Under the pieces are notes generated by a model, which was not told the origin of the DNA, ran no database searches, and worked only from the letters and a program-made list of their open reading frames with translations. Of a stretch of 64,000 nt of DNA, positions 40,351 through 49,498 are shown piece by piece. Location of the stretch: the NCBI GenBank assembly GCA_965223425.1, contig OZ245003.1, positions 1,600,001 to 1,664,000 of the forward strand, given 5' to 3'. The stretch's first letter is position 1, and each line of letters begins with the position of its first letter. The position numbers and the translations under genes were made by a program. The DNA is from Nitrosopumilus sp. (lineage in GTDB: Archaea > Thermoproteota > Nitrososphaeria > Nitrososphaerales > Nitrosopumilaceae).

Positions 40351-41718
40351 ATGACCCTGACAAAATCAAATTTTAAAAACCATCTGAAAATATTCTTGAA
40401 GAGTGCCCTAATTATATGCAGAAAGGAGATTTCAGAAAATCCGGACATCTATGCAAAGGAGGTAAGAAGGCCGGCATTTAGTGGCGATACATTCACGGAT
40501 GTCAAAATTGAAGAAGGGATGGATTTTGAGAAGCTGCTATACACACTGCATGACAAAACAAGGAACCATCCAAACTTTGGCTCTTTGCAGGTGACGGTAA
40601 TGGATGTTTTGGAAGGCAGGGCCCGGCTGCTGGAAAAGAAAACAAAGTGTATGTTGGACGTTGATCTCAAACAGACAGACGATAGTCCGCTTTTTGATTT
40701 TGTGAGGATATATCTGGAGCGGTACGGATTGGACTTTGAGACGGAATCTTTTAAAAAGACATCACAAAATTTTCACCAGTACTTGGATGGGGACTATTTT
40801 TCATACCACTATCTTACTCCATTATACAACCTGCATGGCGGTTTTGAAAAAATTCACCTGTCTGAGGATCTGTGGATTAGAAGAATAACCGAGGATGAAT
40901 TCTCCAAAATTCTGAATATAAAAAATATGCCGGAAAAAGAAATTCCGACATACCAGAGAAGATTGAAATTTGTCATAGTTTGCAGGATGATTCGCAAGAA
41001 GGGGTCTGATTTCCCACAGACTGCCTTGGAAAATTTTGAAAACGTGGCAAACGCGCTAAAGGTCTTCGGGGACGACAACTCTGAATTTGGAAGCATATAC
41101 TGGATCTCATCGGAGAACTGGGATGTTGAGGGCCTGAAGTTAATAGAACAGGGCCACGAAAGAATTATTTCGTCGTCTGTCTATTCACTGGATGAGAGGG
41201 AGGCAGTAAGGTTTTCCAGATTTTATGAGGACCTGAGCTGCAAACTTTACAATTCAAAGAATTCCGAATTTTTAAAATCGGCCATCCGCAGATATGGAAT
41301 GGGTTTTCACCACAGGAGTCACGTTGACAAAATAGTTGACTGTGTGATTTCGTTGGAATCCCTCATTGTGGAGGGAGCGGGGGAATCAACGCTTAAACTG
41401 GCCCACAGAATGTCCTCACTGCTTGGAGAGTCTGATGTGGAGAGACTGGAAATTTGGAAGTTTATGAAGGAGGCATACAAGTTTAGAAGTGGAATACTGC
41501 ATGAATCAAAAAGCAGAAGGTTCAAAATCAATTCACATGCGTTGGATTTGAAGGTAGTGTCTGACAAGCTGGGGCGTTATACCAGGCAGTCCATACAAAG
41601 GATGATTCTGCTGCTAAACAGATACGAAACCCAGAAAGAGATTATCGATGAACTGGACAAGTCCATGTATGACAGGGGAAACTTGAAAAAACTACAGCAG
41701 TGTTGGAAGAATCTCTGA
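40351..41718 (+). CDS. HEPN-domain protein (ApeA/Cthe_2314-like)
   Basis: C-terminal ISLESL...KLAHRMSSLL...AYKFRSGILH (RxxxxH). Confidence 0.75.
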   Translation: MTLTKSNFKNHLKIFLKSALIICRKEISENPDIYAKEVRRPAFSGDTFTDVKIEEGMDFEKLLYTLHDKTRNHPNFGSLQVTVMDVLEGRARLLEKKTKCMLDVDLKQTDDSPLFDFVRIYLERYGLDFETESFKKTSQNFHQYLDGDYFSYHYLTPLYNLHGGFEKIHLSEDLWIRRITEDEFSKILNIKNMPEKEIPTYQRRLKFVIVCRMIRKKGSDFPQTALENFENVANALKVFGDDNSEFGSIYWISSENWDVEGLKLIEQGHERIISSSVYSLDEREAVRFSRFYEDLSCKLYNSKNSEFLKSAIRRYGMGFHHRSHVDKIVDCVISLESLIVEGAGESTLKLAHRMSSLLGESDVERLEIWKFMKEAYKFRSGILHESKSRRFKINSHALDLKVVSDKLGRYTRQSIQRMILLLNRYETQKEIIDELDKSMYDRGNLKKLQQCWKNL

Positions 41719-41847
41719 ACTGCATGTGTGGTGTGTATTTTAAAGTGTCAATGACGTGGAAGTTATTTCTACAAAGTTTGCAGAGAGCGTTCCAAGTGAG
41801 CATATTCTGCTTAATAAGATAAATTTCCATCATTAGAGTGAGATAAG

Positions 41848-42081
41848 ATGTCAGAATGTGAATTTTCTGTAATAAAATATGTGCCAGACATAGTACGATT
41901 TGAACCGGTGAATATAGGAATCATCCTACTTGACAAGCAAAATAAAAAAATACACGTCAAGTACGTCACAAATTTTAACGAGTTATTTACGAGGTTGGGA
42001 GTCGAAAAAATTCACGGACTGGAAAAATCCTTTGGGAATTTCTCCCATTTCTACAGGAATTTATCCAAATCCGTGATCTGA
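41848..42081 (+). pseudogene. DUF3037-like protein, N-terminal fragment
   Basis: FSVIKYVPDIVRFEPVNIGIIL. The ORF ends after 77 aa, running into the 3' end of the convergent RM gene. Confidence 0.6.
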
Positions 42082-43964
42082 AAGCTGTCAAATGGTTTTG
42101 TGGTGGCATTTTTACTACCTCCACTGATGGAAGGTTCCCTGCACAATCTTTCCCTCAAATCATCAATATCTAATTCAAAATTTAGAATTTCTAGTATCTC
42201 CCGATCAATCTTTTTCCTTACATCATCTTTATACATGTCCTTGATAGGCAACAACTCGCTTTTTTTATACTCATCAAATAACCCGTCAAACTTAGTTATC
42301 TGCCCATTAGTTAATTTTGAAAAGTCCAACACGAACATTTTTTCCATTGATGTTTTGGAAGATATCCCACGTCCAAACTGCTGCTTTCCACTGTTGAGCC
42401 AGAAACAAAATATTCCTAATGTGGAATTTCCCCATATAGCAAACGCCTTTTCGTGCTCTTTTGGCATGTAATAGTTTGGAAGCGAAGCGCCTGTTCCAAG
42501 CGTCTCTTTGTCACTATAGAGAACAAGAAGGCATTGGCTGGTATATCTGGCCAGTATGTTGATGTGCAAATGGGATGCCGTTTTTGATTTTTCTGTCACA
42601 TGAACATTGGCGGCGTTTGGTTTAGGTATTGCCATACAATCCGGTTTTACAATTATGCTTTTTTGATCTTTACTGTTATTGTTGGAAAGTCCGCAATAAA
42701 TTGCCGTACCATCCGGAGGGGAAATGGTAAATGGAGCCCTGTTATCATTGGGCTTGTTGTCTGCCACATCTCTTGATAATGGGCCAAACTTGCCTCCAAG
42801 TACAGTCATGGGAATCCTGCATCCCTTCACGAACAATTCATACCCAATCTGCAACAAATATGCGTCATAGACGCCTACAAACCACCAGTCAAAATTCAGA
42901 CTGCAGTCCATGATGCCTCCTATTTTTTTCTTGCCAATGAGAATTGGAATTGAACCTTTTTTGTTATTCTCCAATGCAATTGCACTGGCATTCCTAACAA
43001 TCTGTTTTGCGGTTTCTATTGCACTAAGGATTGATTTTGGCCTTTCCTTAATGGTTACAAATTTTCCCCGTTTGTCAGAGCCGAGTTTATGCAGTTCTTC
43101 TTTTAGTTTCGTTATCTTAAAATTATTTTCTGTTATTTCCTTCTGTAACTCACTTTCACTTGTTGGAATCTTTTTCCTCCTTTTGGGTTTTTTTAACCTG
43201 TTTTTACAGTCTGAAACATTCTTTTCCAGTGTACTGATTTTTTTCAACTTTTCTTCCAATATTTTGATTTTTTCAGTAGATTCTTTTCTTGCTACAACAA
43301 GCAGTTCGTTCATAGATGTATCAAATGAAAACGCACCGTCGGTTGTCGATGGCCCAGCTATGCTGACAACAGTTATGGAATCATATCTCAAACGCAACAA
43401 TTCTCTGCATTTTTCCCATGCAGCCCCATTGGAAATAGTTGACGGCAAAACCATTCCCATTGTCCCACCATGTTTCAATTTTTTGTCGGCCACTGCTATG
43501 AAATTTGTAGCATATCCTGCATTTCCGTCGGCACATGTACCATCAAACCATTTCTTCTCAAGATTTGACATTTTTTTCTGAGTTTCCTTATCCATGTCAA
43601 AAGGCGCAAACATCGCGCGGCCTTCCTTTCCACCTTCCCTAGTGTTACTAGTAAATGGCGGATTCATTATTACATAATCAACCGATTCATCCCTTACCCC
43701 GTGGTCTGCATACACTTCTTCTCTGTTGCCTATGATGAATGTTCCCTTGGTTTCAAGAGTGGCTTCGGGGAGAATCAGATCCATGGAGCCAAGATGATAA
43801 AATCCATCCTTTTTACCAAACATGGCAGTTCCAATATTTGTTGATTTTATTGTTTTTTTGGGAAATATGCCAGCTAGTGATGATACTGTCAAATGAACAG
43901 CACTTGGAAGGACATCAAACCCAATTATGGATTTGGCAAGCATTTCGTCGTGGATTTTTCGCAT
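42051..43964 (-). CDS. Type IIG-like RM enzyme copy 2, C-terminal part (N6-MTase + TRD)
   Basis: MRKIHD...IIGFDVLPSAVHLT, IMNPPF and WGNSTLG; clear paralogue of 23326..25245. Track ORF is 42051..43994. Confidence 0.8.
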   Translation of the reverse strand: MRKIHDEMLAKSIIGFDVLPSAVHLTVSSLAGIFPKKTIKSTNIGTAMFGKKDGFYHLGSMDLILPEATLETKGTFIIGNREEVYADHGVRDESVDYVIMNPPFTSNTREGGKEGRAMFAPFDMDKETQKKMSNLEKKWFDGTCADGNAGYATNFIAVADKKLKHGGTMGMVLPSTISNGAAWEKCRELLRLRYDSITVVSIAGPSTTDGAFSFDTSMNELLVVARKESTEKIKILEEKLKKISTLEKNVSDCKNRLKKPKRRKKIPTSESELQKEITENNFKITKLKEELHKLGSDKRGKFVTIKERPKSILSAIETAKQIVRNASAIALENNKKGSIPILIGKKKIGGIMDCSLNFDWWFVGVYDAYLLQIGYELFVKGCRIPMTVLGGKFGPLSRDVADNKPNDNRAPFTISPPDGTAIYCGLSNNNSKDQKSIIVKPDCMAIPKPNAANVHVTEKSKTASHLHINILARYTSQCLLVLYSDKETLGTGASLPNYYMPKEHEKAFAIWGNSTLGIFCFWLNSGKQQFGRGISSKTSMEKMFVLDFSKLTNGQITKFDGLFDEYKKSELLPIKDMYKDDVRKKIDREILEILNFELDIDDLRERLCREPSISGGSKNATTKPFDSFQITDLDKFL

Positions 43965-45069
43965 CTCCCCCCCCCCCCGCCGCCGCGGCTTCATAATACA
44001 TGATCAGGTGTTTGTAGAAGACAGTGAGCAGCGTTCCTGTCCCGCATGCAAAATCGGCCACACGTATATCCCTCATAGTTTCTTCTGATTCAAATAATTT
44101 CGAACTTGGCTGTGGAACAACCAAACCGGCCAGCAGGTGTGCAGATTCCGGAAGCGTGTAAAATGAGGCCAGTGTCTTTCTGTCCGTGATCATCCTCTGT
44201 ATGAGGGAACCGTACATGTCAGTTGATCTAACAAGACCCATCGAGGTTATTTGATTTGAAGTGTTTACCAATTTTGCGACTATTTCCTGAGCAGTAGTAT
44301 CGTCAAGATAGTTCAGGACGGTCTTTGCTATGTCGAATATAGGAAAATAGTTGATCTCCAATATTTTGTCCCACACCCTGCTCAATTCGGCCAGATTTAT
44401 CCATCCCGCAGAAGTGATTTCCCGTATAGTTTCTATCCCATGTTCTCCAGCTATGTTGTTATGAAATACAAAGGCGTTGGACAGGATCAGGCCGGCCATC
44501 TTCCATGTCTGCTCATTTTCCTTCTGAAACAACAGCTTTGCAATATTTTTCTTGGTTGTACTTCCAGATTGTTCTATCACGTCTGAGATAAATTCTATCG
44601 AATCACTCATGTCTCTGACACATTTTTGAACGACGGATTCCCGTACAGATGTTATCTGAGCCGCTATTGCAATATCATGTAGATTTCCAGTCAACCAGTC
44701 CGATTCAGGAAATCTATTCGGGTTATAGACTGCATATTTTAGACTGTTTGTTGTTTTGAGTTCTTTTATAATGTCCTTTTTAATCCTGAAATCTTTTGGT
44801 ATTTGTACTGCTATGACTGTTGACACTTTTTGACCGTTCTTGTATTCTTGTTGAAGTTTGTCTTCTGCATCCCTGTCTGGGTTTGCAGGCTCAATCTCAT
44901 TTTCTATTATTACGTTTGTCAGGCCGGTTTCAGTAATCAGGATGTCCGGTCTCTTGTTATTGTTTTTGAATACTTTGAGAGGTTGTGGTTCAGATTTCCA
45001 ATTTCTTCTCATCTTATCCAAAAGCTCGGACATTGTATGGGTTATGGTATCTTCATAGTGAACTGCCAT
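43915..45069 (-). CDS. Type IIG-like RM enzyme copy 2, N-terminal part, frameshifted at a G12 tract
   Basis: RPDILI...IIENE, ASFYT and ADFACGTGTLL; paralogue of 22232..23365. Confidence 0.8.
   Translation of the reverse strand: MAVHYEDTITHTMSELLDKMRRNWKSEPQPLKVFKNNNKRPDILITETGLTNVIIENEIEPANPDRDAEDKLQQEYKNGQKVSTVIAVQIPKDFRIKKDIIKELKTTNSLKYAVYNPNRFPESDWLTGNLHDIAIAAQITSVRESVVQKCVRDMSDSIEFISDVIEQSGSTTKKNIAKLLFQKENEQTWKMAGLILSNAFVFHNNIAGEHGIETIREITSAGWINLAELSRVWDKILEINYFPIFDIAKTVLNYLDDTTAQEIVAKLVNTSNQITSMGLVRSTDMYGSLIQRMITDRKTLASFYTLPESAHLLAGLVVPQPSSKLFESEETMRDIRVADFACGTGTLLTVFYKHLIMYYEAAAAGGGGDAKNPRRNACQIHNWV
43967..43978 (-). repeat. Poly-G tract (G12 on the minus strand) at the frameshift
   Basis: C12 on the plus strand. 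G11 would fuse 45069..42051 into one ORF. Confidence 0.9.
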
Positions 45070-45268
45070 GTCTCATCTTATCAGACTGCAAGAATATCAA
45101 GATTGTCTTGGACGTGATGCGCAGGAATGGCGGGAGAACCATTCAGGATCTAATATCAACAATACTTGTTGGAACAAAAAACGAGTTATCAAAAATGGGA
45201 AAAATAATCTTACAGATCATACGATACGCAAGAGATCAAAAGAAACAAGCATGATTCTATTTTTCCAA

Positions 45269-46435
45269 TTACAAGGATGTACTCATGTGCCTGAGCATTG
45301 ATTTTGCCACCACAACTGCCAGATTTACCGGAACGGCATCGGAGACCTGCTGCTGCATTGAAGACAATGTTCCATAAAATTCAAACGTGTCGGGAAATGT
45401 CTGCAATCTTGCAGCCTCACGTACGGACAGCAACCTGTCCTGAACCGGATGGATCAGCATCGACTTTCTAAAGTTGGCTATTGTTACTGACGGTTGTCCG
45501 GCAACAAGTCTTCTGTATATGCCACTGTGTGTATTTCCAATGTTTTGATACTGTCCATGCAGTGTCATAATGCGCACCGGGATGTCCTGCCAATTACCTC
45601 CGGGCGGAACGTTTTGGATTTTCTCGAGTGCGTTTTTGCCATTTATCGTGACTATGTGGTTTTTCACATTTTTTGATCCGTTGCGAAGTTTCTTTTGGGT
45701 ATTGTTCCTGGATGCAGATCTGTATTTGTCGGATCCGGAAGCCTTTTTTCCGGGTCTGATGGAGGGAAGATCAGAGAGCACGTCCCATACGGTTATGTGG
45801 TTTTTGGAATCATGATTGTTCTTGGCTGTACGGACAGTTGACTTGTGTGTCTTTTTTGGACGCATAATCTTCATTTGACTCTTACTGCCTACTACAAATA
45901 CGCGTCTTCTTGTTTGTGGCACGCCATAATCTACGGCATTGAGAACCCAGTACTCTGTGTTTTCATATCCCTGTGACTTGAATTTTTGTATGATTCCTGA
46001 TATTGTTTTACCGTCTTGCATTGACAATATTCCTGGAACATTCTCTAGCACAAATGCAAATGGCTTGACGCGTTTTATCATCTCAAGGAAATCCCGTTCA
46101 AGTTGGTTCAGAGGATTTGATGACGCTCTTGTCTTTCTGTTGGCACATGAAAATCCCTGGCACGGCAGTCCTCCAATTACAATGTCAGCCTTTGTAGTTC
46201 CAGTGGCCTTTTTAAGATTATTCTGTATCTTTTTTTTCACACTTTCAGAAGTAATGCTTCCAAGAACGAATTCTGTATCAGGATGATTGCTGGTGTATGT
46301 CTTGGCGACGTTTTTGTCTGCGTCATTTGCCACTGCAATGAAAAACTTTGAATTCCCGTGCCTGGCATCCATGAATCCTTGTGACATGCCTCCGGGACCC
46401 GAGCATAGTTCAACCCCGTTGAATATTTTGGACAT
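45269..46435 (-). CDS. dcm: DNA (cytosine-5)-methyltransferase
   Basis: ELCSGPGG, GGLPCQGFS, ENV, YGVPQTRRRVF, LSVREAARLQTFPD and AVP. Confidence 0.93.
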   Translation of the reverse strand: MSKIFNGVELCSGPGGMSQGFMDARHGNSKFFIAVANDADKNVAKTYTSNHPDTEFVLGSITSESVKKKIQNNLKKATGTTKADIVIGGLPCQGFSCANRKTRASSNPLNQLERDFLEMIKRVKPFAFVLENVPGILSMQDGKTISGIIQKFKSQGYENTEYWVLNAVDYGVPQTRRRVFVVGSKSQMKIMRPKKTHKSTVRTAKNNHDSKNHITVWDVLSDLPSIRPGKKASGSDKYRSASRNNTQKKLRNGSKNVKNHIVTINGKNALEKIQNVPPGGNWQDIPVRIMTLHGQYQNIGNTHSGIYRRLVAGQPSVTIANFRKSMLIHPVQDRLLSVREAARLQTFPDTFEFYGTLSSMQQQVSDAVPVNLAVVVAKSMLRHMSTSL

Positions 46436-46593
46436 ATGTCAACCTTTGCATGGTTCTAATAAAAATCTGCTGCAAACTTGGCCGACTCGATACAAACATG
46501 CCAAACACCGGTCACAACCTGGCGTCCATACGCCATTTTCCCAAGTTGACTGGGCAAAAAACCGCCTTTAATACAACGCCAAAGGATAATACC

Positions 46594-47220
46594 ATGAGGA
46601 TTTATTCCGTACCGTCCAGGAATCTGGCATACGTCAAGTTCCTGGATCTGAAGATGGTCAAGATCTCGCCCCGCCAGCTCATGTATATGGTAATGGGGGT
46701 GCTGATGCTCTATGACGCATCCCAGGGAAATGCCGTCGCGCTGTTTGTGCCGCTGGGGATTGCAGTCATTGCGCTTGCCTTTGTGCCGTTCCGGTTTCTG
46801 CCGCCGGAATACCAGATGTACCATTTCCTGCTGTTCCGCCTGAAAAAACATGACGGGCAGAAATCACGAAAAACGGTGGTTCCAGAAATGGCAGGAGCGG
46901 GCAAAACCATAGCGGAGGAGGAGGCAGACGATGAGGCCAAACCGCAGCAGGAAAAACTGCACATAGATGACCTGGAGAGGCCGTACACCCTGTCGCTGAA
47001 GACAAGCGAGAAGAGACAGTTTATTCCAGTAACGGTGCTAATTGACGGCAGGAAAATCGCCAACACCGTCACTGACAGGAGGGGGAACGTGTCATGCACA
47101 ATTATGATTGACGACTATTCCACAAAGAGGATACGGGTGGTGCGGTCTGACCTGCGGAATTCCGACAGTGGCGGGGACAACGTGCTGTATGACAGGAGTG
47201 TCGTGTTTGCAAAGGGATAG
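46594..47220 (+). CDS. PrgI/VirB3-like membrane protein
   Basis: ISPRQL followed by two transmembrane helices; lies upstream of a VirB6-like gene. TATA-like TTTAATA at 46567. Confidence 0.45.
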   Translation: MRIYSVPSRNLAYVKFLDLKMVKISPRQLMYMVMGVLMLYDASQGNAVALFVPLGIAVIALAFVPFRFLPPEYQMYHFLLFRLKKHDGQKSRKTVVPEMAGAGKTIAEEEADDEAKPQQEKLHIDDLERPYTLSLKTSEKRQFIPVTVLIDGRKIANTVTDRRGNVSCTIMIDDYSTKRIRVVRSDLRNSDSGGDNVLYDRSVVFAKG

Positions 47221-47371
47221 GACTGGTACAAGGCCGTACGGCATTCTTGACAGATGCCTCCTGTTTTTTATTTCCATGACAACGAGGCTGCAATTGTCAC
47301 TGCAGTGTCCTGCCCTGAAGAGTGTCACATATCATCTTGACAGGTTATGGCATCTCTCCCCGGTGTACCGT

Positions 47372-49213
47372 ATGCGCAAAGTGTTGGGCAGAAGGGTCCT
47401 CGCAGTTATTCCGGGTGCTGACGCCGCAATAATGATTGTATCGATGCTCGTGGCAATTGCGGCCTTTATGACCGCGATGGGATACATGACGGGAAACGTC
47501 GAGGGGGTTTTCGTGAAATTAATCACCGATATGCCGGGATTTGACTTTCAGATTGTGGACGGTGAGGAGCACGGCAACCCGTCGTTCCTGGTGTATTCGC
47601 TTCTGAGGGACATTGCATACGTCTGGTTTGTAATGGTGTTTTTACTGGTTGGAATTCTGATTATGTTCAAGCAGGCAAACCTGGTTACAAACGAGACGAT
47701 AAAGAAGATGTTTCTCGGGGCGGCGGGGGGGATCATACTGCTTTTGGTGTTCCCGTACATTTGGGACCCGATATCCGAGGGCGTTGAGATGTTCTCGCTG
47801 TCCCTGCTGAATCCGATGTACTCGTTTGACGATTCTGCCCCGTGCATCGCTACAAATGGCACGCGCGGCCTGATGTTTATGGAACAGAACCAGAAGATTG
47901 GCAGATTCTCGCTTCCACTGGGGCTTGAACCGTCAGTAGGAGATCTGTGTAAGCCGGACCTGCGCGTATCCTATCTGTTTGCAAAGGCCAGATACGGCGC
48001 CGAACTGGGATTTGATTGGGATGACGGCCTGTTGGCGATCCCCAACATTTTATCACAGTTAAGAGAGTCCATATATTCGTCAATATTCACCGGACTGTCA
48101 AAGACAGTCATGATATTTTTCATGGCGACGATGACAGCCGTTATCGGCAACATGAGGTTTCTGCTTGTTGATGTCATTGCAATTTCACTGCCGCTGCTGC
48201 TGGTGTTTCGCTCCCTGCCGTTTTTCTACATTGACAAGATTTCAAACACCCTGCTGTCCGCGTGGGTGCCGCTGGTTCTTGTTCCGATATTCTCCTCGCT
48301 CATAATTTTGGCAGGCACGACAAACCTCCTTCAGGCAGAAGAGAAGGTGGAGACAGGCGTTGACAGGTATGATTTCTGGCTGCACGCAATGTCGACCATG
48401 GCACTGGCAGTGATGATACCGGTAATGCTGGCACCGGTGCTGGGCTCGGTATCCAGCATGATAGGGATGATGGTCATGACCGGAACAATGTCCGGGGTTA
48501 TGGGTACGATGGGCGCAGCACAGGGGGCGTCAGCGGGCGTAATGAGGGGGATGGCAGGACGGTTCTCTGCAGGCAAAAACATGATGATCCCCAGCGGCGG
48601 GACGGGCGCGTTCCCCAGATTCGCCTCCGGGACAGGCGGGATAATAGGCGGACTCAAGAGCGTCTTTGGGAAAAGCGGGATCAAGGCAATGGCAGGCGGT
48701 GCAGGCAAGGGGCTTGCAGACGGCGGGGCCGGGATGTTTGCAACTGACATGGCATTTGCAGCAAGGGCGGCCCCCGGGGGCGGCACCGGCGGTGTCGACA
48801 TGTACGGACATCCGCGGGGGATAGGGCTGGTCGACGGGGGGATACGTCCGGGACTGACGCCGCCTGCCCCCGCAGCGGCCGCTGTCATGCAGCCGGCCAG
48901 CATTCTTGTCCCTCCGCCAAACGTTATTGGGCATACGGGCGCGGTGCCACTCGGCGGGCCGCAGGGAACCTCGCCACTGTTCCATTCAGACGGCACGACG
49001 GGAACGATGTCTACAATGACGGCACAGCAGCCCGCACCGATGGGAACATCGCACGTTACTTCGGGTGGCGGAAGCGGCGCGCCCGGAATTGGGCCCGGGA
49101 GAGCGATGCCGATGGATGGGAGCTTTGAAGCTCCGACAGAACCTGTCAGGAGTGTTCCTAAGGTTGGGGGTTCAGATAAAAAGATTTATCATGGAGAAGA
49201 TGGTTCAAGATGA
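47372..49213 (+). CDS. Polytopic membrane protein, VirB6/TrbL-like, with a Gly/Pro-rich tail
   Basis: About 7-8 hydrophobic segments followed by a long low-complexity G/A/M/P-rich C-terminus. Start uncertain (track start 47108). Confidence 0.55.
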   Translation: MRKVLGRRVLAVIPGADAAIMIVSMLVAIAAFMTAMGYMTGNVEGVFVKLITDMPGFDFQIVDGEEHGNPSFLVYSLLRDIAYVWFVMVFLLVGILIMFKQANLVTNETIKKMFLGAAGGIILLLVFPYIWDPISEGVEMFSLSLLNPMYSFDDSAPCIATNGTRGLMFMEQNQKIGRFSLPLGLEPSVGDLCKPDLRVSYLFAKARYGAELGFDWDDGLLAIPNILSQLRESIYSSIFTGLSKTVMIFFMATMTAVIGNMRFLLVDVIAISLPLLLVFRSLPFFYIDKISNTLLSAWVPLVLVPIFSSLIILAGTTNLLQAEEKVETGVDRYDFWLHAMSTMALAVMIPVMLAPVLGSVSSMIGMMVMTGTMSGVMGTMGAAQGASAGVMRGMAGRFSAGKNMMIPSGGTGAFPRFASGTGGIIGGLKSVFGKSGIKAMAGGAGKGLADGGAGMFATDMAFAARAAPGGGTGGVDMYGHPRGIGLVDGGIRPGLTPPAPAAAAVMQPASILVPPPNVIGHTGAVPLGGPQGTSPLFHSDGTTGTMSTMTAQQPAPMGTSHVTSGGGSGAPGIGPGRAMPMDGSFEAPTEPVRSVPKVGGSDKKIYHGEDGSR

Positions 49214-49256
49214 TTCATCTGTAATTATGTAGGAATAAAAAATAGTTGGCAGATTG

Positions 49257-49490
49257 CTATCTTGCCAACTCTGACCTGTACTTTTTTATTTCCTGTTCGA
49301 TTTTTTCTATTTCCTTTTTATGGTTTGACTTTTTTTCTTTGAGATACTCCAATTCCAGGGATACTGCCTTTTGGTATGATTCTGGATTATTGACATTGCC
49401 ACAACCAACATCTGTTCTTTCACTATTTTTGAACCATCTCTGGTAATAGTAATCATGACCTTTTACTGTTCTAATAACGATTGCCACCAC
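49257..49490 (-). CDS. Small protein with a beta-hairpin and a coiled coil
   Basis: IRTVKGHDYYY...C-terminal heptads. Degenerate copies at about 52760-52897 and around the IS at 56832-58310. Confidence 0.6.
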   Translation of the reverse strand: MVAIVIRTVKGHDYYYQRWFKNSERTDVGCGNVNNPESYQKAVSLELEYLKEKKSNHKKEIEKIEQEIKKYRSELAR

Positions 49491-49498
49491 ACATCACC

